Shown piece by piece: positions 13,105 to 27,150 of a DNA stretch of 64,000 nucleotides. Every line of letters begins with the position of its first letter. Positions within the stretch are counted from its first letter, which is position 1. The notes under the pieces are model-generated. The model searched no databases. It saw only the letters and a program-made list of their open reading frames with translations, and was not told where the DNA came from. The DNA comes from Mobula hypostoma (taxonomy: Eukaryota), in assembly GCF_963921235.1 (NCBI RefSeq), contig NC_086108.1, positions 16,430,001 to 16,494,000 on the forward strand, written 5' to 3'. The position numbers and the translations under genes were made by a program.

Positions 13105-13300
13105 GTGGCCATCAAACTTTACAACTCCTCCCTTGGAGGGTCAGACACCCTGACCCAATAGGCCGTTCCTGGACTCATTTCCTGGCATAATTTACATATT
13201 ACTATTTAATTATTTATGGTTTTATTACTATTTAATTATTTATGGTGCAACTGTAACGAAAACCAATTTCCCCAGGGATCAATAAAGTATGACTATGACT
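13105..13300 (+). mobile_element. LINE 3'-end fragment
   Basis: AT-rich UTR ending GGATCAATAAAGTATGACTATGACT (tandem tail). Confidence 0.55.
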
Positions 13301-14312
13301 AAGTTTTGGGGCATTTTGCTAAATTCAAATGCAAACTATAGCCCATGAATCTCATACATTAAAGTTAAAACAGTAAATCCCACCTAGGAGGTCATAGAAA
13401 AGCATTAGATATGGCCAAGATGACGATGGATCAAAGTCATGAAGTTTTTTAAAATTGCAAAGTTGCAACTACCCCAGGTTCCTAAGCAATATGGTGAAGG
13501 TTCATTTGGGCCCGTTTAAGACCATTTCAATTTAAGTTAGTGGCAAAAGGATTTTGGAGGAAACAGAGTTACTTATGCAAAGCTATTGAATGGAGAATTT
13601 GACATCTTGGAAGATGAATTTGCACACCTTCCATCAAAATACCACATAGAGCAAAACAGCAATGGCAAAACAATTGACAGATAATTCACACAAGCATACT
13701 GACACAAACTATTGACAGAAACATGTCCTATCAAAACAATTATCACATGAACCACAAGTCAGACTGTAATCATAACAAGTTAATAGCTTTGCTATTATTT
13801 CATTTTAAACCAAACATTTAAAATAACTAAATGATGAATATTTAAATTATTAGATTTATTTATATCGCATACATTTTCAGTTTACTGGAAGGGAAGAGGC
13901 TTTAGAGATGCACTCTGCTACATACATGATGCAATTCAGTAAACTTTACGTTCAAGAGTTGGGTCTACAACTGGAACTTGTATCGTATCTAACCTTATAT
14001 AAGTTGCTCCATGACTGTATGTGGTTTCTGACACTTGGCATGGATCACCCCATGGTAAGAAAAATGGGCTTGTGCTCCTTTCTACATTCTGTTTACTAAA
14101 GCCTTGCAGTATTAAATTACTTACCCGTGGCAACCATGAATACAAAATATAAGATACAAAACCACATACTAGCAACCTTCCCCATATTTGATTCAGATCC
14201 AGCAAAAATATTATTCAAAAAGCTTCAGCGTTTCAAAACAATTTTCAAGTTTACCTCAACCACTACAGGAGCAAACATTTGGAAATATATCATAAAAAGT
14301 ACTGTGGAAATA

Positions 14313-14920
14313 CAGTCGTCCCTCGGTATCCATGGGGGATTGGTTCCAGGACGCCCCGCGGATACCAAAATTTGTGGATGCTCAGGTCCCTTATACAAAA
14401 TGGCATAGTATAAAACGTCTCGTTCTTTCGCTACTTGTGTTGTGTGCACCCTTTGTTTCTGTGAAAAAATGTCTCCTAAAAAGCAACTAAGTGGTCAAAG
14501 CAATTCCTCAAAGGCTATAAGGGAGCGTAAAGTGCTATCTCTCGCTGAGAAAATAAATATCTTAGATCTTTTGAAAAGTGGCATGTCGTTTGCCAAAGTG
14601 GGCCGTAAGGTCGGTAAGAATGAATCGAGCATTCGCACAATAAAACAGAAAGCAGCTGAAATTCGTGGAAGTGTTAGTGCGAGGCGAACAATGCTCAAAT
14701 AACGAGTGCTAGAGAGAGACTGAGGATCTGTGAAATGGTGGGAGGCTACAGCAGGGTATGCCTACACATCACTTCATTCGCGTGGGTTAAGCGCAGTGCT
14801 CGGCGCACAGCAAATTCAAGTTTTGCTTTTTAGAACTTACTGGAATTTTTTTCGAGTATTTTCGATCCACAGTTGGTCGAATCCACGGATGCGGAACCCG
14901 CGGATACGAAGGGCCGACTG
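14313..14920 (+). mobile_element. Tigger/pogo-like internally deleted DNA transposon
   Basis: TA-flanked TIRs CAGTCGTCCCTCGGTATCC / GGATACGAAGGGCCGACTG; ORF 14469-14702 with CENP-B/psq-type HTH (RKVLSLAEKINILDLLKSGMSFAKVGRKVGKNESSIRTI). Confidence 0.9.
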
Positions 14921-15384
14921 TATATCAAATTAAATGACAGTCCAAACTCTGAATTTGTATACATTAGTTTATTATTGCTTGGTGTCTACAATTACTCTTA
15001 CAGATTGGTCATTTAGGTGACCAATTTCACGTCACATGTCGGTGATAATAAAACTGATTCTGAATGACCAGAAGGCTGATTCTAGTCCATGCAAAGAACA
15101 TTGGCTCAAGATGGATATGAAATTCATGGGGAGAATCACAATTCAGCAGAACTGCAATAACCTGGTTAATCATTGGGATTTCTGAATAATCAGATAGAGA
15201 ATTATTGGATTTTTACTTTTACTGGTTAAAGATTACAAGTTTACAAGACTTTTTTTCTTTAACCTCATGATCAATTTTAGTGTTTTCACTGAAGCAAACA
15301 GTTGGCCACACATGATAAATGGTTACCACTATTCTATATTCTACTAATAATATTGTTGTTTTTCTGTGCTTTCTTTGCACTTAC

Positions 15385-15499
15385 CTTTCCTACTGACTTT
15401 CCTGGAAGCACTTCCCAGGGACTTCTTGTTGTCCATCACAGTGTCTAAGACAGCAGTACCAGTAGGAACAGCTTCCAGCCTGTTCTCTATGTGTCGCAA
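15385..15499 (-). CDS. CEP350: CEP350 coding exon 3 (115 nt)
   Basis: ttttttctgaAG|TTG CGA...AAA G|gtaagt; LRHIENRLEAVPTGTAVLDTVMDNKKSLGSASRKVSRK; phase 0 to 1. Confidence 0.95.
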
Positions 15500-15719
15500 C
15501 TTCAGAAAAAAGTGAGAAATCAAAAGAAATCAATTAGGATTGAACAGCATCATCTCATAGCAAAAGATGCTCAAACTCTTCACAGGTTTCTTTTTAGTTA
15601 GTACTTCCATGTATTCTGAGCCAAGGTAATTATATTTTTGATGACCATCTGCAATTCATCAGGCAACTGTCACTAGAGGTTAAGTAGTTTAATTTCAGGG
15701 TTGGGCAATTATCTAGAAT

Positions 15720-16400
15720 CAATTTACAAGGAGCAGATAAAAAATATCAAGGAATTGCAGCATGGGGTTATAGGAAGGTTGTTTTTTTTTGAGGTGGTAA
15801 CAGAAGGTCAAAGTGGGTAGTGCATTAATGTAGTACATGCAGATTTCAGGTTTCAATAAGAACCTCCAAAGCAGAAATAAAAGTCTGCGAGATCCATACG
15901 AGGGTGACAAATGGTGTCCAAAACGGGCTCAGTGACACAGAGTAATGTTTGACAGGTATGTTTGTGACTGGAAAACTTATCACAAGGTGTATCAACAGGT
16001 CTCTCCCTGCTTGCAGCACTCATTTATGATTTAAACAGAAATGAAGGATGGATGGATGAACCTGATCTAGATGATAAGGAGGAACTCTTTAGACTGCGGT
16101 AAGGTATCAATGAACTAATGTGGTAGGCAGAAAATGCTAAATGGAATCAAGCTCAACTAAGTCTGACATAAAGCAGGCAGAAAGTCAGGCGAATAACACA
16201 ATAACTGGGAAGATGCCAAGAGGTGTAAAAGAATAAATGGATCTTAGGCAAGGCAATATTTCTTCACAGATCTTTAAAGGTTGCAAGGTTTGCCAATAAG
16301 ATGTTTAAAAGACACTTCATAACCATTCCTTTATTATCAAAAACACAGAGTACAAGAGCAAGGAAGTTAATCCAGAACCATATACATCAATAGTTGGACC
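15720..16400 (+). mobile_element. Highly decayed CR1 RT fragment
   Basis: Residual nucleotide similarity to CR1 RT segments elsewhere in the window. Confidence 0.4.
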
Positions 16401-17779
16401 TGAAAGCTTGGTTTCTCCACATTTCCAATCAGAACAGATGTCCCTGCGCAAGAAACTACTCAAAGGAGATTGAAGACACAGGAGATTGTAAATGCTGGAA
16501 TCCGGAACAACACAAAAAGCACTGAAGGAACTCAGCGCTTCAGGCAGATGGATATGTTGTCAGGGCTGGAAAATAGTGCCAAGAGGAAAAACTAGATATA
16601 ATAGGATTTATTTCTTAGAACAAAGGCAGCTAAAGGGGTTGTTAAATAAAGTACATAAAAGTATACTTCAGCAGAGTAGAAGGAAAATACCATTTGGTAA
16701 CAGAGAGCTTAAAAGACTTTATGTAATTAAAAGAAGGACTAGTAGATGAGGGGGTGTAATGTTGGGGCTAACTGGGAATCATGCTAATCAAACTTCCTGT
16801 TTGAAGCTCATGATTCAATTAAGTTAGACATTTAAGAGTTTAACACGTGCGGAATGAGTGTACACTATCATAGGGACTTCTGATACAGATCAAGATGGTA
16901 AGGTCATAACATCCATCATATCTGCTGCACAAAAAATGGACCGCCAGTTAGCTGAGTTAGTTGTTAAACATCTTCAACTTCACTATCACATTGCTCCAAT
17001 GATTTTAATGGCATTTATTCTGCCAAAATGTTGTTGCAGGAAATACTTGATGTCAAAGTCCCAGTTGTAAATTTAGAACTGACACAGGAAAGAAAGCTAG
17101 CATTGCTATTAAACCAGCAAATTTTCACATACAACTAATAAGTGAAAGTACTGTAAGTGAAGTAGATGGAAACTCAAAGTGGAAGGCTGAGGATCACTAG
17201 AGGTCCTGGGAGAATGAAAGAAGCTAATGTTGGAGATATACTACTTCATTTAAGACAATTGCCTTACTACTACTATTGTGCCCGACACCGGCCCCCTAGG
17301 CCTAAGTCGACGTAGTAGTAGTAGTAGTAAGACAATGCAATAAAACAAAAAAGGAAGTGTGGCAAAACTGAAGAAGCATCAGGAAAAGTTGATAAAGGAG
17401 ATATTACAGGACTAGGTAGAGGTGTCACCCATGGTAATTATCATCAAAAAAGCAGTGGATTCTGAGAGCAGTCAAATGTGTTTATGTCCATCCAGCATAA
17501 CAGTACAAGACATTAATTAAAATCAACATCCACATTTTTCAAAGTATACATGATCTCAGTGCACAGGGTAATAAAAGGGAATGATGGGAATAAAATAAAG
17601 AATTAAATCACGCCATATACAGTGACTATCTTCAGATTCTTGAAGACGCAGCCCAATATGAGATTTGGCTCCCAAAGTGATAGGCCTCAATGACAAGAGT
17701 TTTAATTAAAGACATTGCTGATGTAAAAGAGGCACTGAAGAAAGAAATAAAATATGTTACAGCAAATGGTAATCTTCTG

Positions 17780-18783
17780 ATTAGGAGGTCCAAGACCAGT
17801 TGCAGAGGGAGATACAGGCGCCCAGGTTTTTAAGTTTGTTGAATGATAATGAGAAATGACAGTGTGGAACATCAAATTGTGATCGATAAACAGTAGACTG
17901 ACATTTGTATTGCTGTCATCCAGGTGCTCAAAAGCCGAGAGGAGAATCCATGAGACTGCATCCACTGCAAACATGTTGTGACAGTAGGCAAAACTCAGCA
18001 AGTCCACTTCTTTGCTCAAGCAGAAATTAATTCTAGCCATGACCAACCTCTCAAAGCACTTCATCATAGTAGATGTAAATGCTACCTGGTAAAAGTCATT
18101 GAGGCAGCTCACCCGGTTCTTCTTGGGTATCAGAATGATTGATGCCGTTGAAGTAGCTGGGATCCGATGTTGACCTACAAGACAGAGATCACAGGCCGCC
18201 AGATTCTTTAAAGATATGCACAGGTGTAGTGATCTTCCTTTAAAGTGTACAGCTCATTAGAGGTTAAAGCATCACTGCCATCATGCAGCTAGGTTTTCTC
18301 TTATAGAAAGTAATGACATATAAACTCTGCCACAGATGTTCTACATCCAATTGTGACTCTAACTTCACACAAAATTGACTTTTCACACTCTCATGATGGC
18401 CTTCCATAGGCTGTAGCTCGACTTTATATTTTATTTGGAGATACAATACGGTAGCAGGCTGTATCTCTAACCAGTACCAATTGACTTACTAACCTGTACA
18501 TCTTTGGAATACAGGAGGAAATCAGAGCACCCAAAGGAAACCCACATGATCGCAGGGAGAACTCCTCAAAGACAGCAGCAGAATTGATGCTTAGTTGCTA
18601 GTGCTGTAATAGTTACGCTAAATGCAACCCTACTGACATCTTCTTGTAAGGTTTCTAGATCATCATTCTTGAATGCTACAGATCTATCTCTCAGCATACT
18701 AAATCTTCTGGTTCATCCAGGACTTCTAATTTGAGTATGAACGGCATGTTCCTGAAGGCAGACATTTATTCATACAGACCTTG
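17780..18783 (-). mobile_element. Decayed Rex1/Babar-type LINE, part left of the L1 insertion (contains a SINE)
   Basis: SCLNDFYQVAFTSTMMKCFERLVMARIN...LLFIDHN. Its frame continues across the L1 insertion as DLNEYATVITNFIKV|CMNKCLP. Confidence 0.7.
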
Positions 18784-21700
18784 GATTCTCCAGATGGCAC
18801 TCACGCAGTGAGGTCACTTCTCAGCTTCACTCCGTTACTTTTTCTTTTTATATCTATGATCACCTTTATTTAATTTAGTTTTAAGTTTGGATTTTGAACT
18901 TTGCAGAGATGAGTAAAGAAACAGCTACAAGACCTAAAGTCCGAGACATTAAACCTGCAAAAGATGCCGATGGCGACGGAAAGAAAGAAACCCGATCCTA
19001 AACATCCTGAGATAACTTATGAATTGTTGATAAATTTGTTTCGTGAACAAGCTGATGAAATACGCCGAGGCTTTAAAGAAGAGATTACGGCAATTATGCA
19101 AACTTACGGTGTGCTTGACCATCAAGTTCAACAGCAACAAAACACTATTACCGAACTGAAAGAGGATGCACGAAAGAAAGATGAAAATCATCAAGAGTTT
19201 GGAACAAAAAGTTTCTTCGACAGATAAACAGCTGGAGAGTCTTAAATTTAAGATTACTGATCTGGAAAACTGATCCAGAAGAAAGAAGTTACGTTTAATT
19301 GGTCTCCCCAAGGGAGTTGAGACAGGAGACCCTTCAGTATTCTTTTCTGAACTTTTAAAGACTGCATTTAGCTCTGAATTCCCAGATGATCCTCCATTGC
19401 TCGATCGCGCACATCGTATTTTTCGGAATAAATCAAATTCTCAATCTAAACCAAGACCAGTAATCATCCCATTTCATTAAGTTCATGTTAAAGAGCAACT
19501 CATACGAATAGCCCGACAGCAGGGAATGATTAAATTCCAAGACCATCAATTCCGATTGTATGAGGATTTCAGCCCTGAATTAATGACAGCGCGATTGGCT
19601 TTCAAACCTCTGATGATGGAATGCTACCAAAAAGATCTTAAACCAGCGTTATTGTATCCTGCCCGCTTAAGATTTTCTCCTCCGAACAGCCAGCGACTTT
19701 TCTTCAACTACAAGTGCAGCACGAGGCTTTCTGGAAGAATTTGAATTAGCCACCACGGTTTAATTAATATACGATTTTTGTGATATTCGCTTTGGCTTTT
19801 CGTTTTTTTTCCCCCTCAAATTCTATTAATCATATGATTCATTTTTGAAGATCGACTTTTATAAGTATAAGACTTCTGGTTTTGATCGGTAGTGTTGGTA
19901 TTCTTTACACTTAATGTTACCGTTGTTATCGGTTTTTTTTATGTTTTTGTTTTGTCTTCTTCTTTCCATAATACCTTTGTTTTTTTTTAACCATGCCATC
20001 TTTTTGGGTTCTTCTTCCCATAATACTTTTCTTTCTGGATACGCCTTTTCTTTTTCATTCAACTGTTCTCCCTTACAAATATTTTACATTGAATAATATG
20101 TATTGGTATCTCTTCTTTTCTCTTTATTTTATTAGCATGTTAGTGATTATAATACTAAGGTATTTTATTTTACTGTATTTGTTAAGCTTATTATCTTTTT
20201 CGCTGTTATAGTGTAGTTTTTTTTTAGGTGGTCTTTTTACCAACATATATTTGGGAGCTGCCTTCTGGAGAAATGGGGGTAGATTTAGCTTTCTGGCCTT
20301 TCTTGGCTTAGTTTTAGGGTTCTTGGGTGGTGGGTGGGGGGGCTTTTTTTCTTTTTCTCATTGGGCTAATTTTGAACTACAACAATGTCGGTATTGTCGC
20401 AACTTCCGTCTCCTTTCCAAATGCTGGTTCCTCTTCCGGTTACATGAGTTTATACTCTGGTTAACTCTTTATATACCAAAAGATTGATTCAAGGTTAACA
20501 TGGCTCAGAGGTTTAATCTTGTTTCTTGGAATACAAACGGACTAAACCATCTGATTAAAAGGAAAAAGATTTTTATAGTATTCCACAGAATGAATGCCCA
20601 TATTATTTTTGCCCAAGAAACTGTGTGGAAAGAGGATAATCAGCATTTTTTTAAAGTTTTGGAAGGAACAACAGTATCACTCAAACTCCAAAGCTAAAGT
20701 GAGAGGAGTCTCAATTTTCATAGATTCTTCAATTGCATTTGTACATCACAATACCTTCTCTGACCCAAATGGTAGATTCTTGTTAATTACCGGTCTACTT
20801 TTTAATAAGAAAGTTGTTATGGTTAATGTTTATGCCCCGAATGTGGACTACCCTGAATTTTTTAAACAATTATTTACCTCCTTTCCTAATTTAAGTGATT
20901 ACATGTTGATAATGGGGGGTGACTTTAATTGCTGCTTAAATCCTCTGATGGATAAATCTGTACCAACTCAGGCACTACCGAATAAGTCGGCCACTCTTAT
21001 CAATTTGTTTTTGATTGATTCTGGAATCTCCGAGATTTGGAGATTTCCACACCCCAAGGATAAAGAATTTTCTTTCTTTTCACACATACATCATACTTAT
21101 TCTAGGATTGACTTTTTTTTATATAGACTCTTGTTTAATTCCATCTGTAATTGAGTGTAACTATGATATCATTGCCATATCTGATCATGCACCATTGAAT
21201 CTCTCTATTAAGTTATGGGATATACCTTCTAATACTAGGCAATAGCATTTTAATTCCAACTTACTTCCAGACTCAGATTTTGTAAAATGTATCAAGGATC
21301 AGATCGACTTCTTTTTTTTTAAACAAATACTATGGATGAAATTCCCAGTGGGGTTATATGGGACACTTTTAAATCTTATATCCGTGGTCAGATCATTTCC
21401 TACTCGGCTGGATTGAAAAAACACACTATGAATGGTGTTGATTGATAAGATTAAAGACATCGATAAACAATATGCCACTGCTCCTAATGAGGATCTTTAC
21501 AAACAGAGAGTTGAACTTCAAATGGAGCATAGTTTACTCTTAACATCGTCAACAGAAAATCAATTAATGAAAACAAGAAGTGAGTTTTATATACATAGTG
21601 GTAAATCTGGTAAATTATTAGCCAATCAATTAAAAACAGCTTCGGTTAAACGTCAAATTACTAAGATTCGTAAACTTAATGATATTTCAACAGTTGATCA

Positions 21701-24630
21701 TGATGAGATTAAAAAATCTTTTCAAGAATTTTATACATCTTTATACCAGTCAGAATTTCTTCATGATCCTAGGGAGATGCAAGATTTTTTTAAGGAATTT
21801 GAATTTTCCAAAATTAACACCCAAAGAACGTTTAAAGTTAGAAACACCTATTACGGATGAAGAAGTAATGGGTTCTATTTCTTCAATGAATTCTGGTAAA
21901 TCACCCAGCCCAGATGGCTATACAGCAGAATTTTAAAAGCTTTTTTTCTTCTATTCTTTCTCCCCAGTTGTGCAGAGTTTTTAGAGATGCAATTATTATA
22001 GGTAAACTACCACAATCATTTTATGGAGCCTCCATCTCCTTAATTTAAAAAATAAGTATCCTACTGAATGTGCATCATATAGACCGATATCCTTATTGAA
22101 TGTTAATTCAAAAATTTTTTCTAAAATATTAGCATCTAGGTTAGAAAAGGTATTACCTCAAATTATTTCCATGGATCAAACTGGATTTATTAAAAATCGT
22201 TATTCATCTTTTAATATTAGGAGATTAATAAGTATTATTTATACTCCTTCACTGAGAACTCCAGAATGTGCTATTTCATTAGATGCTGAGAAAGCTTTTG
22301 ACAGAGTTGAATGGCCATATTTATTTACTACGCTTGAGAAGTTTAACTTTAGCCCGATATTTATATCCTGGATTAAATTGATATATCATACTCCTTTAGC
22401 TTCGGTTTTGACTAATAATCAAAGATCTCCATTTTTTCGATTATTTCGTGGCACTAGACAGGGTTGTCCTTTAAGTCCCTTATTATTTGATATTGCTTTA
22501 GAAACTTTAGCAATTGCAATTCGAGATTCACCAAATATTTTTGGTATTACTCGTGGGAAAGAGATACATGTTATCATTATATGCAGATGATTTACTATTA
22601 TATATTTCTGACCCAGAAAAATCCATTCCTGCAACTTTACCCTTGTTGGATAAGTTTAGTAAATTTTCTGGTTACAAACTGAATCTTAATAAGAGTGAAT
22701 TTTTTCCGTTAAATATGATGGTTCCAAACTACAAATGTTTACCATTTAGATTAGTTACTGATCAATTTACTTATTTAGGAAGTAAAATTACTAAGAAGCA
22801 CAAGGATTTATTTAAGGTTAATTTTTTACCCTTACTTGATCAGATTAAAGGTTTGATTACCTAATGGTCGCCAATGTTTTTGTCATTAATTGGTTGGATC
22901 AACGCTGTTAAGATGATTATTTTACAGAAGTTTCTACATTTATTTCAAGCATTGCCAATTTTTATTCCGAAATCATTTTTTGATAATGTTGATTCAAAAA
23001 TTTCCTCATACATATGGCAGAATGAAAATCCTAGACTAGGGAAAAGACATTTACAGAAGCCCAAAAAGGAGGGTGGGTTAGCATTGCCAAACTTTAGATT
23101 CTACTATTGGGCAATTAATATTCGTTATTTAAAATTTTATACATGGAATTGGGATACAGTTTCAAGTCCACTCTGGGTTAATCTTGAATGTAATTCTGTT
23201 TCAGGATTTTCATTGGGTTCTATTTTAGGGATCCCACTTCCTTTTGACTTTTCTAAATTGGACAAACAAACGGATAACCCAATAGTTACATATACTCTTC
23301 GAATATGGTTTCAGTTTCGAAAATTTTTTGGACTGAATCAATTTATTCTAACTAGCCCTTTTATATCCAACTTTCTTTTCCAACTCTCTTTTTTGGATCA
23401 AGCATACCTGGTTTGGAAAACAAAGGGTATAATACATTTTTCTGATTTATTTTCAGATCATTGTTTTATGTCTTTTGAACAATTATCTAATAAATATAAT
23501 TTACCTAGATCACATTTTTTTTAGATATTTACAGATTAGAAACTTTTTAAATACTGTTCTTACTACCTTTCTGATTTCATATTCTGATTTAAACCTTTAT
23601 CAGAAAGGTTCAATAGCAATTATTTATAATATGATAAGGAAAATAAATCCAGATGTTTCCAATACAATTAAGAATGACTGGGAAAGGGAACTTAAGCTTA
23701 CCTTACCTACTGAGAAATGGCAAAAAAGTTTCCAATTAGTTAACTCTTCCTCTATTTGTGCTAAACATGCATTGATACAGTTTAAAAAGTTGTACATAGG
23801 GCTCATATGTCTAAGGATAAATTAGATCATTATTACTCATATAATCCCTGTATGTGATAGATGTCATTCTGAGATAGCCTAATTAACTCATATGTTTTGG
23901 CCTTGCCCTTTATCGAAGAAATATTGGGACGATATTTTTGATATTATTTCCACTGTCTTAAATATTGATTTACAACCTCATCCTATTACTGCCATCTTTG
24001 GTTTACCAATGATAGAAAACATCATTTGACCTCTTCAGCTTGTCAGATGATTGCTTTTGTTACTCTAATGGCTACAAGATCTATGCTGTTGAATTGGAAA
24101 GAGATTAGTCCTCCAACTACATTTCACTGGTTTTCTCAAACTATATCTTGTTTAAATCTAGAAAAAATTAGAAGTGTCATTTTTGACCCATCTAATTAAA
24201 TTTGATGAGACTTGGAGACCATTTATTCAATACTTCCACATGATGTAATTTGACCCTTGCCAAATCTATTTTGTGATTTCAATATATGGGGAGAGGAGCG
24301 GAAGTGGCGACACTATTGGTTCTATCTGAGGTATCCTAATAGCCCTTCCTTTTCTTTTTCTTTTCCTTAGTTTTCTTTTAGTTTGGGTAGATTAGTTTTT
24401 TTTTAGGGGATTGTTTTTCTTTTTCTGTTTTTTAAATGATATTTTTGTATTTTATGTGTACTCTTTATATATTTTATTGTTAATCTGTGTGATTTTGGGA
24501 TGTTTACTATGTGTTACCTGACTGTAAACTTTTATAATTATTATTAATACAATCCCAATTGCTCTGTACTTACTTTTTGTAATGTGTATGATGTTGAAAC
24601 TAATTTTTAAAAATTGAAAAAGAAAAAAAA
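18784..24630 (+). mobile_element. Full-length but inactivated L1-clade LINE (~5.85 kb)
   Basis: TSD AGACCTTG at 18776-18783 and 24631-24638; polyA tail. ORF1 fragments (SRRKKLRLIG, RAHR, LYEDFSPEL, LLYPARL); ORF2 EN (VSWNTNGLN, NVYAPN, GGDFN, SRID, ISDH), RT (GTRQGCPLSPLLF, LYADD) and C-terminal CxxC..HMFW.C; many frameshifts and stops. Confidence 0.93.
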
Positions 24631-24638
24631 AGACCTTG

Positions 24639-25190
24639 ATGAAGTTGGTGATGACTGTGGCATATTCATTCAAATCCAAAACAGTCTTGTAAGCATTTTT
24701 CTACTTCCCTTAACCATAATTGTGGTCCTTAATATTGGTGTTGCAGTCCTTAGTCTTTGCCTATATGTCTGAAGTAGGAGCCCAGCTAGGTGATCAGACT
24801 TGCCAAAGTACAAGTGTGAAATGACAAGCTAAATGCTCTTGATGGTGATGCAACAGTGATCGAATATCAGTATTGATTCCAGTTCCAGAGGTACTGTTGA
24901 TAGTTTGTCAGAGACTTCCTTCAAGTTGGTCTGGTTGAAGTCCCCTGCAATGACCTGGAAACTATCAGAGTATGCTGACTGGTGATTGTTGATCAGGTGC
25001 TCAGTTCCTCCAGTATCAGCTTGTCATTTGCCAGTAATGGAATGCACACTGTAACCAGGATGATGCTGGAGAACTCCCTTGACAGAATGAACAGGATGCC
25101 AAATGTCCCAAGTTAGGGGAGCAACACTGAAACAGAATGCATGACTGGGATGCCAAAGCACTGGAATTTCCAAAGCGTCAGATAGCAGAT
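24639..25190 (-). mobile_element. Rex1/Babar-type LINE, part right of the L1 insertion
   Basis: Endonuclease remnant AGDFNQTNLK; contiguous with the sequence left of the L1. Confidence 0.7.
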
Positions 25191-25372
25191 CAGAATTTTA
25201 CTGTACAAAGAATGTTGCATAAAGACCACTTATAAAGAAATCTTTGTGTACAATGCAGAATAAGAGGAAATCTATATTGACCAAGAAAAAGTGTATATAC
25301 CATCTTTATCCTCCAGAATGCATGCCCCATTTGAGAATATTTAATCACAATAAAATTGTTTGAGATGCTTAC

Positions 25373-25416
25373 CGCAGCTTTTGTCTGGTTGACTGTATCC
25401 CATGCTGAGGCCATGT
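25373..25416 (-). CDS. CEP350: CEP350 coding exon 2 (44 nt)
   Basis: ttttgttttAG|AC ATG GCC...GCT GCG|gtaagc; (D)MASAWDTVNQTKAA matches CEP350 'WDALSQTKAA'; phase 1 to 0. Confidence 0.92.
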
Positions 25417-26229
25417 CTAAAACAAAACCAAATTACATTTGTTACTTCTTCAAAATATTTCCCAAGTTCTGGGTTTACATTATATACATTAACTTTAAAC
25501 TTACACTTTTCTTGCCCATTTTAATTTACAGGATAGGCTGTATTTGTACATTATAAAATTGCATTACTGAAGTGACTTATACCTGGAGTTTCATTTATTG
25601 TGGTTAAATAGGATTCTGATGAATACACTGAATGTGATAGCAGCATTTGCCTTAAGGAGATAGAGTTATCATAGCACATCAAGGTATCTGATGGTGTTTG
25701 TTGCCACAGCTATCAAGATGATAGATAGCTCTGCATTTTATCAAGAGTTAAATATAACTGAAAATTCAGTGAAAAAAATTGGAGACGGTAGAAATCAAAC
25801 AAGAAATAGAAAATGCTTTAAAACATGCAGCAAGATGGGCAACATCTGGAAAAAGTGAAAGAATTCACTCTTCAAGCAAATTCCTTTCTCAAATCCGGGA
25901 AAGCAGAAAAAAACGTTTTAGTTTCAGAGAGACTTGGAAAAGAATGGATAAGGCAGATTTAAAAAAAAGCAAAGAAACATGGAAAATCTGCGAAATACAG
26001 ACCTGTGTAAAAAAAAAACGAGAAGACAGTTTTCATGGATAGAGAAATTGGATATTATAAAAGGATAGCCAACACCAGAAGAGAAAGATTTTAAAAACTT
26101 ACTCCTACAGCAATCCTACCCTCACCCCAAGATATATGCCTGTCCTATCCATACCTCCCCCACCTCATACTAAAAACAATCTTTCTCTCTTTCCCATTTG
26201 CTGCTTAACTGGGGAAGTGTTTTCATCAT

Positions 26230-26705
26230 TTTGGTTCTCTGCCCAATGCATTATCAGCACCAACATACCATCAAGGATGTATATACAGAAAGGTGCCAGA
26301 AAAGGGCCAGTAACATCATGAAGGATCCCACCCACTCTGCTCATGGATTGCTTGCTCCACTCCCATCAAGGAAACTACGTAACATCCACTGGATTGAAGA
26401 GAATGCACTGCCAGGACCAAGACTGAAAAGCAATTACTTTCCCTAAGCAGTAAAGCTCATCAATACCTCCAGCCACTAACTCCACCACTACCTTATTATT
26501 TTCTGCCAGTCACCTTACGTACAACCTCGTGTCACTTTATGAATCAATCTATGCTTATATGCTATCTCCTGTACTTATATTTTTTTTATTATTGTTGTGT
26601 TTTTTATCTTTTGTGGGGTTTTTTGTGCATCATCAGATCAAGAGTAACAATTTTTTCATTCTCCTTTACACTTGTGTACTGGAAACGACATTAAATGATC
26701 TTGAA
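26230..26705 (+). mobile_element. Rex1/Babar-type LINE 3' fragment
   Basis: TIKDVYTERCQKRASNIMKDPTHSAHGLLAPLPS; RLKSNYFP. Confidence 0.75.
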
Positions 26706-27150
26706 TTTACAATGCATCTTCACCATTCACTTAATATGCTTCTGAAAAAATCTTTGAAATGATTATTCACTGATTTAGTATTTCCACAGACGTGACAATA
26801 AAACTAGGATCAATCACAAGGATTATCACTATTAAATGGCCTCTGGACATTTCTTGCATAGGCTCACACATGAAGAATAGTTGTCTCAGGAGGTAATGAC
26901 AATGAAGTAAACAGTAGATGCACCATTTGAAACAGTTGAAGAGAACACACAGTCATCTGTTAAATTCTCAGTCTCTAACTACAATGTTCTTTCAATTTAA
27001 TTATTTGAAAGGGAATTTTAGAGTTTACTGCATCAAATATATGGTCAATAGGATCTTTATTCTATCATAATGCATTAATGATCTGATTTCCAAATAGGTG
27101 AACTGTAGGCACTGCATCAAACCAAATACATCTGTAAATTACCACTATAC

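Noticed and set aside
19859..20487. Hydrophobic F/L-rich ORFs resembling membrane peptides
   Set aside because: Artefact of the T-rich L1 inter-ORF spacer.
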